A stretch of 40,508 nt of DNA from IMG/VR virus record IMGVR_UViG_3300029385_000008; one strand, given 5' to 3'. The notes under the pieces are model-generated. The model was not told where the DNA came from and ran no database searches. It was given only the letters and a program-made list of their open reading frames with translations. A program made the position numbers and the translations under genes. Numbering within the stretch: the stretch's first letter is position 1; each line of letters opens with the position of its first letter. This document shows, piece after piece, positions 32,934 to 40,508 of this stretch. Origin of the DNA: a virus.

Positions 32934-34004
32934 ATGAAAATGACAAATGGCATTAGAATTTCTATGCAGTATTTCGCAGAGCAGACAAAGATCACCGACC
33001 TTATCGACCCTGAGGTAATGAGTGATATGATCGACGCAAAGATAGAGTCTAAGATAACTGTATCTCCCTTTGCGAAGATAGACAGAACACTCGTTGGCGT
33101 GCCTGGCGACACTATCACAGTGCCGCAGTACAAGTATATAGGCGACGCAGTTGATGTTGCAGAGGGCGTTGAAGCCGAAACTGTCAAGCTTGAAACAGAC
33201 TCCACTCAGGCTAAGGTAAAGAAAGCCATGAAAGCGGTGGAGATAACCGACGAGGCTCTTCTCAGCGGCTATGGCAATCCTGCGGGTCAGGCGACTTCAC
33301 AGCTTGCAATGTCTATCGCTTCTAAGGTGGACGCAGACAGCATGGACGCACTCATGAAAGCTCAGCTCATCTATGACGGCTCGGCTTCTGCTATCTCTTA
33401 CAGCGGCATTGTTGACGCTGTTGACAAGTTCAATGAGGAGCTGAACACCGAAAAGGCTATGTTTATTAATCCTCATCAGAACTCACAGCTTAGAAAGGAC
33501 CCGAACTTCATTTCAGCCGATAAGTATGACGGCAATGTGGTCATGACAGGCGAGATAGGCAAAATAGCGAACTGCCGTATCGTTCCGTCAAAGAAAGTTT
33601 CACTTAACGAGGCTATCCCAGAACAGTATGTGAGAGTTGACAGCGATGCAGAGGGTGCAAAGGAAGTTGTTGCGGACAGCACAGCTTCACCAACTGCTTC
33701 ACAGATAAAGCTCGGCTCAGTAACGCCTTGTGCAGAGGGTTACGCTCCAAAGGTGGGTGACTATGTTGTAAAGAACGCCGCTGTCAAGGCTGGCACTTTC
33801 TACATATGCCCTATCATCAAGCTCAACGCTGATACTGAAACAGAGGACGAAACATCAGCTCTGACTATCTACCTCAAGCGTGACACCAACGTTGAAACAG
33901 AGAGAAGAAGCACAAAGCGCTGCACAGATATATCTGCTGACAAGCATTACACTGTGGCTATTTCAGACCAGTCAAAGGTAGTGCTTGCAAGATTCAAGAA
34001 GTAA
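32934..34004 (+). CDS. Major capsid protein (356 aa)
   Basis: Position after the scaffold, size, and no protease between them (SPP1-like head module). Confidence 0.8.
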   Translation: MKMTNGIRISMQYFAEQTKITDLIDPEVMSDMIDAKIESKITVSPFAKIDRTLVGVPGDTITVPQYKYIGDAVDVAEGVEAETVKLETDSTQAKVKKAMKAVEITDEALLSGYGNPAGQATSQLAMSIASKVDADSMDALMKAQLIYDGSASAISYSGIVDAVDKFNEELNTEKAMFINPHQNSQLRKDPNFISADKYDGNVVMTGEIGKIANCRIVPSKKVSLNEAIPEQYVRVDSDAEGAKEVVADSTASPTASQIKLGSVTPCAEGYAPKVGDYVVKNAAVKAGTFYICPIIKLNADTETEDETSALTIYLKRDTNVETERRSTKRCTDISADKHYTVAISDQSKVVLARFKK

Positions 34005-34018
34005 AGAGGTGCGGCAGT

Positions 34019-34387
34019 ATGAAAGCATATGCAAGCGAGAACTATTATATAGGCGTTTATCTTTGCGGCAAAGAGCCTGACATATCTGCCGCTTTTGATT
34101 TCTATGCAATGCAAGCCACAAGCCTTATGAAGCAATATACCCTTGACAACGTTGACGAGAACGATATCCCCGAAGAAGTGAAAATGTGCTGCTGCGAGCT
34201 TGCGGAGAATATTTTCAAGGCAGAGCAGGAGGGCGGCACTCAGGGGGTATCTTCCGAAAGCGTCGGGGGTTGGTCAAAGTCATATGAAAGCTCAGATATC
34301 CGCAGGCAGAACGCTGACAGAGCCGTTCACGATATCGTGTACAAATGGCTCAGCGGAACAGGGCTGCTTTACAGAGGGGTGAGGTAA
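34019..34387 (+). CDS. Head-tail connector (gp6-like), 122 aa
   Basis: First gene after the capsid gene. The pattern ...CCCELAENIF...ESVGGWSKSY resembles Phage_connect_1-type adaptors. Confidence 0.7.
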   Translation: MKAYASENYYIGVYLCGKEPDISAAFDFYAMQATSLMKQYTLDNVDENDIPEEVKMCCCELAENIFKAEQEGGTQGVSSESVGGWSKSYESSDIRRQNADRAVHDIVYKWLSGTGLLYRGVR

Positions 34388-34744
34388 ATGCTTGCAAACA
34401 GCGATTGCACGGTGTATCTTTTTGACAAGCAGACAGAGGGATTTGTGCGGAAGTATGCAGAGAAAGTTTACTGGTGTGAGAATAAGTCGGGAAGTATCGT
34501 GAAAAGCGGTATGCAGACCTCAGACAGCACAAGGGTGTATTTCTATGACGATAATGCACCGAAAACCCCTGCAAAGGATATGCTTGTAAAAGGAAAATGC
34601 GAGTTTGAGTTTGATAATCAAACGCCGCAGAGCATATCTGAGAGCATGAAAATGTTCCGTGAGGAGTATGACTTTGTTACGGTAATGAGCATTGATGATT
34701 ATATGTTCGGCGGTCTGCCACATATGGAGGTGAGCGTGAAATGA
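34388..34744 (+). CDS. Head-tail joining protein (118 aa)
   Basis: Starts 1 nt after the upstream stop (TAAATG); conserved position. Confidence 0.65.
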   Translation: MLANSDCTVYLFDKQTEGFVRKYAEKVYWCENKSGSIVKSGMQTSDSTRVYFYDDNAPKTPAKDMLVKGKCEFEFDNQTPQSISESMKMFREEYDFVTVMSIDDYMFGGLPHMEVSVK

Positions 34745-35178
34745 AGATAGGTCAGCCTATGGACAGCAGGGCTATCACTTGGGATAAGTCCTTTGCAGGC
34801 AAGTATTCAGAACGCTTTGATAAGGCTCAAAAGTTCATTGACGCCGAGTGCATAAGGCATATGGTGAAGTATACACCTACCCTCAGCACTAATCTGAGAA
34901 AGTCTGCCACGAGAGGCACAAAAATAGGCAGCGGCAAGATACAGTATCTTGCACCTTACGCACGCTATCAGTATTACGGCAAGCTTATGGTATCCTCTGT
35001 TACAGGCTCGTCTTACGCCCGACAGGGTGAAAAGAAAGTGCTGACGGACAAAGACCTTGTTTACAGCACTTTTAAAGAGCCACTTGCCGGTAAGCTTTGG
35101 TTTGAGCGAATGAAAGCCGACAAGAAACAGCAGATACTCAGAGGAGCGGCGGCGATAATGGGAGGCAAAGCGAAATGA
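34741..35178 (+). CDS. Minor capsid / head-tail joining protein (145 aa)
   Basis: ATGA overlap. ...APYARYQYYG... resembles the minor capsid protein families of Sfi11-like phages. Confidence 0.7.
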   Translation: MKIGQPMDSRAITWDKSFAGKYSERFDKAQKFIDAECIRHMVKYTPTLSTNLRKSATRGTKIGSGKIQYLAPYARYQYYGKLMVSSVTGSSYARQGEKKVLTDKDLVYSTFKEPLAGKLWFERMKADKKQQILRGAAAIMGGKAK

Positions 35179-35618
35179 ACATAATCGAGCTTGTGAAAGA
35201 TATCTTGCAGCAGTTTCCAAAAATATCGGAGGTTTGCAACGATATCCATATCGACTTTACCGACGATACGCCAACCAATTATGGCTTGTCCTCGACAGGC
35301 GACAGCCTTATAAGCTCTGATATTCTGGGCGGTCAGACAAGACAGCATAACTTCATTCTCTATGCGGTGTATCAATCTATGAATGACTTTGACAGAATGT
35401 CAAACAGCGGCGTGCTGCTTGAATTGCAGATGTGGCTTGAAAGCTATGCAGACAAGCATAGAGATACCACGTTCACTACCATAACAGAGGACGAGGAAAG
35501 AACAGGCGTTCTTGAAAAGCTCACCTGTGCAAACGGAATGATATATGCAATACCAAACGAAAACACAAACGATACTGTGCAGTATCAGTTGCAGATAGCG
35601 GCACAGTATCAGATATAA
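35175..35618 (+). CDS. Tail completion / minor capsid protein (147 aa)
   Basis: ATGA overlap; position before the major tail gene. Confidence 0.65.
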   Translation: MNIIELVKDILQQFPKISEVCNDIHIDFTDDTPTNYGLSSTGDSLISSDILGGQTRQHNFILYAVYQSMNDFDRMSNSGVLLELQMWLESYADKHRDTTFTTITEDEERTGVLEKLTCANGMIYAIPNENTNDTVQYQLQIAAQYQI

Positions 35619-35632
35619 AAGGAGGAAAACAT

Positions 35633-36148
35633 ATGCCTGATTATTCATACAAGAGCGGAAAGCTCAACAGAAGCCATCTTCTGCATTATCTTGACACTAC
35701 ATTCGCAGCGGTCGCCTCATCACCAAGCTGGTATCTTCTCGGCAAGGACGTTGAGGACGCAAGTGTGGCACTCAACCCTGACACTTCCACAAAGAAGAAT
35801 ATCCTTGATGAAACCACAGTTGAGGACAACGGCTATGAGCCTGAGTTCGACCTTGACACATTCTATGCAAAGCCCGGTGACGCACTTTACGAAAAGCTCA
35901 AGGATATCATGATGAATCGTCTTACCGGTGACGCCTGCAAGACAAGCGTGCTTGAGGTCATCGTTGACAAGACCACAGGTGCGTATGACGCATGGACGGA
36001 AGATGTCATAGTCAAGCCGCAGTCTTATGGCGGACCGCAGGGTGGCGTAAATATCCCGTTCAACTGCACCTTTGCAGGAAACAGAGTGAAAGGCTCTGTC
36101 ACTTTTGCGGCAGGCGTGCCAACGTTTGCAAAGACTACGGAAGAATAA
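35633..36148 (+). CDS. Major tail protein (171 aa)
   Basis: RBS AAGGAGGAAAAC; followed by an attenuating terminator and chaperone genes; typical size. Confidence 0.75.
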   Translation: MPDYSYKSGKLNRSHLLHYLDTTFAAVASSPSWYLLGKDVEDASVALNPDTSTKKNILDETTVEDNGYEPEFDLDTFYAKPGDALYEKLKDIMMNRLTGDACKTSVLEVIVDKTTGAYDAWTEDVIVKPQSYGGPQGGVNIPFNCTFAGNRVKGSVTFAAGVPTFAKTTEE

Positions 36149-36168
36149 ACTATATGACAAACATATGA

Positions 36169-36199
36169 AAGCACTTCGTTCAGAGTGGAGTGCTTTTTG
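36169..36199 (+). terminator. Hairpin terminator/attenuator after the major tail gene
   Basis: aagcacttc/ggagtgctt stem plus TTTTTGTTT. Confidence 0.7.
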
Positions 36200-36228
36200 T
36201 TTGCCATAATACAGAAAGGACGATAGAA

Positions 36229-36750
36229 ATGTCAATGCAGTCAATAAATTTTAACAGCGGCAATTACAAAGAGTACGCTATAAACGGTGACGAGAACAGA
36301 GTGATAAGGATAAACGTGTCAGACGTTGGTATCATCACTAGGATACAGGACGCTATGAGCAAGGCTGACAATATCGCAGAAGAAGTGTCAGAACGTGAGA
36401 AGAATGAGGACAGAACTCAGCTTCTCAAAGAGTATGACCAGCGTGCAAGAGAAATGGTCAATGACATATTTGGAAGCGATGTGTGTACGGCGGCGCTCGG
36501 AAGCGTGAACGTGTTCTCTGTGGCTTCAAACGGCAAGCCTGTGCTTGTGAACTTCCTTGAAGCGCTTCTTGTGGTGGTGGTGCAGGAGATAAAGTCAGCA
36601 CAGACGGCGGCTCAGATAAAGCTTGAAGAAAAGGTGGAGAAGTACACCGCACCTGTTATCGCTCATCAACATATTGCTCAGCCTGCGGTCAACGTGGCGG
36701 AGCTTTCTGACGAGGACAAAAAGGCTCTGCTCAGGGAGTTGCTGAAATGA
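36229..36750 (+). CDS. Tail assembly chaperone-like protein (173 aa)
   Basis: Position between the major tail and Gp15-like genes. Start moved to the ATG after AAAGGA (track start 36190). Confidence 0.65.
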   Translation: MSMQSINFNSGNYKEYAINGDENRVIRINVSDVGIITRIQDAMSKADNIAEEVSEREKNEDRTQLLKEYDQRAREMVNDIFGSDVCTAALGSVNVFSVASNGKPVLVNFLEALLVVVVQEIKSAQTAAQIKLEEKVEKYTAPVIAHQHIAQPAVNVAELSDEDKKALLRELLK

Positions 36751-37319
36751 TAGGCAGTTTGCCAACAGCCCTTGAAATAGACGGCAGAGAGTATGCCATA
36801 CGCTCGGATTTTCGAGTAATCCTGCAGATCTATTCAGCCTTTGCAGACCCTGAACTTGACGAGCGTGAAAAGTGCTATGTGTGTCTTAAATGCCTTTACG
36901 CTGAGGATATCCCACGAGAGCATTTGCAGGAGGCTGTCAACAAGGCTTATTGGTTTGTGGGCGGTGGAGATGTTCCCCAGGAGAGCGTTCAGCCTGCAAA
37001 GACTATTGATTGGGAGCAGGATGAGAGTATTATTTTTCCTGCGGTGAACAAGGCGGCAGGCTTTGAAACGAGGACGGTAAAATATCTTCATTGGTGGACT
37101 TTTCTTGGCTATTTCAATGAGATAGGCGAGGGGCTTTTTTCGTCTGTTATAGGCATACGGCAAAAGCTTAACAAGGGCAAAAAGCTTGAAAAATACGAGC
37201 AGGAGTTTTACAGAAACCACTGCAATATGATAGACCTTAAACGAAAGCTCTCAGCAGAAGAGCAGAGGGCTGAAAACGAGGACAAAGAGTTTTTGAAACA
37301 ACTGACGGGAGGTGAATGA
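36747..37319 (+). CDS. Bacteriophage Gp15-family protein (190 aa)
   Basis: LEIDGREYAIRSDFRVILQIYSAFADPEL matches the Gp15 family of Sfi11-type phages (from memory). It lies directly upstream of the tape measure. Confidence 0.7.
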   Translation: MIGSLPTALEIDGREYAIRSDFRVILQIYSAFADPELDEREKCYVCLKCLYAEDIPREHLQEAVNKAYWFVGGGDVPQESVQPAKTIDWEQDESIIFPAVNKAAGFETRTVKYLHWWTFLGYFNEIGEGLFSSVIGIRQKLNKGKKLEKYEQEFYRNHCNMIDLKRKLSAEEQRAENEDKEFLKQLTGGE

Positions 37320-37321
37320 CA

Positions 37322-39838
37322 ATGGCTGACGGGTGCTTGAATTTTGACACCAACATAAACAGCGAGGGCTTTGAAAAGGGCTTGAAAAGCCTTTCTGATA
37401 TGGTGGGGGATATCAAGCCAAAGCTTAAAAGCCTTGCAATGGCTGTGACGGCTGCATTCTCCGTCAAGAAGCTTGTGGACTTCGGCAGGCAGTCAATAGA
37501 AACAGCCTCAGATCTTGCGGAAGTTCAGAACGTTGTTGACACGGCTTTCGGAGAGTCCAAGCAGAAAATGGAGGACTTCGCTGACACGGCTGTTAAGACC
37601 TATGGCATTTCAAAGCTCACCGCAAAACAGACAGGCTCAAACTTCATGGCTATGGCGGCAGGAATGGGGCTTGCCAATGACAGTGCAAGCGATATGGCTA
37701 TGGCTCTTACAGGGCTGTCGGCGGATATGGCGTCATTTTATAATGTCGGTCAGGACGTGGCAAGCACGGCGCTGAAATCAATTTTTACAGGCGAAACTGA
37801 GACCCTCAAACAGTTCGGTATCGTTATGACGGACGCCAACTTGCAGGCGTATGCGCTTTCAAAGGGTATAACGAAGTCAACTGCTGATATGTCGCAGGCT
37901 GAAAAAGTCCAGCTGAGATACAACTACGTTATGTCACAGACGGCTCTTGCTCAGGGGGACTTTGCAAAGACTTCTGACAGCTGGGCAAACCAGACAAGAA
38001 TACTTTCTGAACAATGGAAAGAGTTCGGAGCAACTATCGGCACTGTGCTGATGAACGTTCTTCTGCCTGCTGTCAAGGCGATAAACAGTCTGCTTTCACA
38101 GCTCATAGCTTTGGCACAGGGGGCAGCGAGGGCACTTTCAGAGGCGTTCGGTTTTGAACTAAGCAACAGTGCAGACAAGGCTCAAAGCATAGTGAAAAGC
38201 ACCTCTCAGGCGGCGGATAATTACAGCGATATAGCCGACAATGCACAGCAGGCTCAGGAGGCACAGGAAGGCTCTCTTGCAAGCTTTGACCAGATGAACA
38301 AGCTGAATGATGAGAGCAAGTCAGACAGCACTGGGGTCAGCGGAGCTGGGGAGATAATGCAGCCTTCCGGGACTAGCGTTGAGGTGGATACGGGTAAGGC
38401 AGATAAAAAGCTGTCTGACTTTTTCACATCAGTGAGAACTCAGTTTGAAAAGCTTGCAGACTATCTTGATAAGAATTTTAAGCCTATTTTCGCCGATATA
38501 TGGAGCGGACTTGAAAGAGAGAGCATTGAACTTGTTCAGATACTCGGCGGAGTTTTCAGCGATATAAAGTCGCTTTCCGAGCCGCTCAAAGCTTATTTTA
38601 TAAACGATTTTACACCGCTTATGCAGACCGCTTTCAGCACGCTTGGCAAGATAGGCATAGGACTTTTTGACAGCTTCAACAAGGTGTTTTCTGATATCTG
38701 GAATGTGGCAGTGTTCCCTATACTGCAAAACTTCCTCACTGTAGGATTACCCCTAATGGCGGATTTTGGCACGCAGGTATGGAACACGCTAGGCGTACTG
38801 TTTGACAACATAAAAGAGATCTTCGATACCTTGTGGAACGGCGTTGCACAACCTGTGTTGAACGCCTTGAAAACACTGTGGTGCGATACTTGGCAGAGCA
38901 TTTCAGACTTTTGGAACGAGTGGGGACAGCCTATATTTGACGGCATAAACGAGGGTATAACCACCACAAAGAACGTATTCCTCAACCTGTGGGAAACAGT
39001 CTTGAAACCTGTGTTTGACAAGCTCATGGACGTGGCTGACAGCGTTTGGACGGAGCACTTGAAACCTCTGCTTGATGAGTTTCTCGACTTTGTTGGAACA
39101 CTTATCACAAGCGTTCTGAGCATTTACAACAAAGCCATAGCACCTGTTGTGAACTGGCTTGTGAGCATACTCGGACCGATAGTCAGCAGTGTGCTTGGTA
39201 AGATAATAAAGATAGTGGGCAATGTCATAAGCAATATAATTGACGCCGTGAAGAACATCATTTCAGCACTTAAAGGCGTTGTGCTGTTCATAGCGGGAGT
39301 GTTCACCGGTGATTGGAAAAAAGCTTGGCAGGGTGTAAAGAAGATTTTCAAAGGCGTATGGGACGCACTTGTTGACATAGCAAAAACACCTATTAATTTG
39401 ATAATCGGGCTTATAAATGGTCTGACAGGTGCAGTTGAGGACGCTTTGAATTGGATAATCGACGGCATAAACGAGCTGAGCTTCACAACACCTGATTGGC
39501 TTCCCGGTGATCTTGGCGGTCAGACATTTGGCTTTGACCTAAGCCAAATTGATATCCCCGAAATACCCAAACTTGCCCAAGGTGCAGTAATACCGCCGAA
39601 CTCTGAATTCCTTGCAGTTCTGGGCGATCAGAAGCGTGGCACGAATATCGAGGCACCGCTTGATACTATCACGCAGGCTGTTTTGCAGGCTCTTGTGTCA
39701 TACGGCGGAGCAGGCGGAAATCAGAAGATAAGCGTTACCATACCGCTTACGCTCAATGGCAGGACTATTACACAGATAGTTATTGATGATATCAACGACT
39801 ATATCAAGCGCAACGGCAGGTCGCCCATAAGGGCATAG
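37322..39838 (+). CDS. Tape measure protein (838 aa)
   Basis: Largest tail ORF, with the conserved TMP core (FGIVMTDANLQAYALSKGI...) and a long helical/TM C-terminal half. Second ATG chosen, 7 nt after GGGAGGTG. Confidence 0.9.
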   Translation: MADGCLNFDTNINSEGFEKGLKSLSDMVGDIKPKLKSLAMAVTAAFSVKKLVDFGRQSIETASDLAEVQNVVDTAFGESKQKMEDFADTAVKTYGISKLTAKQTGSNFMAMAAGMGLANDSASDMAMALTGLSADMASFYNVGQDVASTALKSIFTGETETLKQFGIVMTDANLQAYALSKGITKSTADMSQAEKVQLRYNYVMSQTALAQGDFAKTSDSWANQTRILSEQWKEFGATIGTVLMNVLLPAVKAINSLLSQLIALAQGAARALSEAFGFELSNSADKAQSIVKSTSQAADNYSDIADNAQQAQEAQEGSLASFDQMNKLNDESKSDSTGVSGAGEIMQPSGTSVEVDTGKADKKLSDFFTSVRTQFEKLADYLDKNFKPIFADIWSGLERESIELVQILGGVFSDIKSLSEPLKAYFINDFTPLMQTAFSTLGKIGIGLFDSFNKVFSDIWNVAVFPILQNFLTVGLPLMADFGTQVWNTLGVLFDNIKEIFDTLWNGVAQPVLNALKTLWCDTWQSISDFWNEWGQPIFDGINEGITTTKNVFLNLWETVLKPVFDKLMDVADSVWTEHLKPLLDEFLDFVGTLITSVLSIYNKAIAPVVNWLVSILGPIVSSVLGKIIKIVGNVISNIIDAVKNIISALKGVVLFIAGVFTGDWKKAWQGVKKIFKGVWDALVDIAKTPINLIIGLINGLTGAVEDALNWIIDGINELSFTTPDWLPGDLGGQTFGFDLSQIDIPEIPKLAQGAVIPPNSEFLAVLGDQKRGTNIEAPLDTITQAVLQALVSYGGAGGNQKISVTIPLTLNGRTITQIVIDDINDYIKRNGRSPIRA

Positions 39839-39850
39839 GAGGTGCAGAAA

Positions 39851-40219
39851 ATGAAAAGCAGAGGACTTATATTCGGAAGCGAAAGGGTCGCCACACCTGC
39901 GGAAGTGAGCTTTACAAACAACAAGATATGGTCGAACAATGCAGGGCGGACGGCTAACTGCAAAATGGTGGGCGATATAAGAGCCATAAAGAAAACTGTC
40001 ACGTTGAAATGGTATCATCTCACAGGCGAGGAGACGGCAAAACTCAATGAGTATATCTCCAACGTTGACAGTCCGTTTTTCAGTATCACGCTCCTTGATG
40101 AGACATTTCAGGAAAGCACTTTTGACGTTTACGCAGGCGACCCAACTTATGAGGTTTTTGGCTGGGACGAGAACAAGCAGTTCTGCAAAGGCGTTGCGGT
40201 GGACTTGATAATGCAGTAA
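39851..40219 (+). CDS. Small tail component after the tape measure (122 aa; distal-tail-like position)
   Basis: ATG after AGGAGGTG; gene order. Confidence 0.65.
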   Translation: MKSRGLIFGSERVATPAEVSFTNNKIWSNNAGRTANCKMVGDIRAIKKTVTLKWYHLTGEETAKLNEYISNVDSPFFSITLLDETFQESTFDVYAGDPTYEVFGWDENKQFCKGVAVDLIMQ

Positions 40220-40231
40220 GGGGGCGTTTGA

Positions 40232-40508
40232 ATGTACAAAACAGGGGAGCTTGTGGCACAGCGTATTGAGAGCTATTGCCGTACTTGGCGTTTGTGGATA
40301 GAGAATGCAGAGGGCATTATATCAGGCGACAGCATTATGTCAGCTGATAGCTCCACGCAGGCAACAAGCCTTTCCGATGATATCGAGCTGGGTGCCGTGT
40401 GTTCGCAATCGTGGAACATGACCATAAGTGACACTGAAACAGCGTTTCTTGGTAAAGAGTATGACACATATCTGTATCTCGTAGACTACGAAACTAGCGG
40501 CATACTTG
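40232..40508 (+). CDS. 5' portion of the tail-tip/hub-like gene that continues at base 124 (equivalently 1..926) after the junction
   Basis: ATG at 40232 after GGGGGCG. The frame stays open to the window end and is in phase with the frame of 12..926 once the 123-nt overlap is collapsed. Confidence 0.8.
   Translation, partial: MYKTGELVAQRIESYCRTWRLWIENAEGIISGDSIMSADSSTQATSLSDDIELGAVCSQSWNMTISDTETAFLGKEYDTYLYLVDYETSGIL
40386..40508. repeat. Terminal direct repeat, copy 2 (identical to 1-123)
   Basis: Same 123-nt string as bases 1-123. This is typical of the end overlap of a circular contig or a permuted genome. Confidence 0.95.

Noticed and set aside
36229-37319. Expected programmed -1 frameshift (G/GT-type) between the two genes upstream of the tape measure.
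   Set aside because: The second ORF has its own ATG overlapping the first stop (ATGA) and matches a stand-alone Gp15-type protein. I saw no slippery heptamer with an extended overlapping frame.
17142-39123. Long antisense shadow ORFs (for example 17142..17795, 19699..20217, 20376..21101, 28055..28654, 35720..36244, 38593..39123, 39124..39486).
   Set aside because: Each lies fully inside a well-supported opposite-strand gene with recognisable motifs. They lack an RBS and have Cys/Ser/Leu/Phe/Arg-rich shadow-frame composition.

Overview
The window is a closed temperate siphovirus-type phage or prophage genome. Its first 123 nt are repeated exactly as its last 123 nt, giving a circular or permuted unit of 40385 bp. 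The host is probably Firmicutes/Clostridia-like, judged from strong GGAGG-type RBSs, near-consensus TTGACA-17-TATAAT promoters and the gene families present. Gene order on the circle is as follows. Tail tip and tail fibre (40232 through the junction to 3418). XkdX-like small genes, holin and CHAP endolysin (3415-4857). A stand-alone XRE + M78-peptidase + 39-aa cassette (4993-6272). A chromosome-like block with tRNA-Thr(GGU), a TtcA-family PP-loop enzyme, a CYTH enzyme and an orphan solute-binding lipoprotein (6418-9150). An attP core that copies a tRNA-Ser 3' end (9275-9292). A leftward lysogeny arm (9443-13242) with tyrosine integrase, an AT-rich HEPN-motif Abi-like gene, a zinc-ribbon/TM2 protein and an ImmA-like protease with its XRE repressor. 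A switch region with four TTACG-N6-CGTAA operators. Rightward early genes and a replication module (SMC-like ATPase, Sak4-like ATPase, DUF669-like protein, DEAH helicase, primase-helicase, putative iteron origin, RusA). A late-regulator gene. An ORF-free, hairpin-dense 0.5-kb element (25092-25623). Finally packaging, head and tail genes (DUF4417-like, YfbU moron, large terminase with N-terminal extension, portal, MuF-type protein, scaffold, capsid, connectors, major tail, Gp15-like, tape measure). The items most worth follow-up are the candidate large structured RNA at about 25.1-25.6 kb, the host-like tRNA/TtcA/CYTH/SBP block inside the phage circle, the HEPN-like gene with facing antisense promoters, the second XRE/M78 cassette, the possible MuF toxin-immunity pair, and a WKAGAF C-terminal tail shared by two replication proteins. 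All family assignments come from reading the translations and recalling the families; none was verified by a search.
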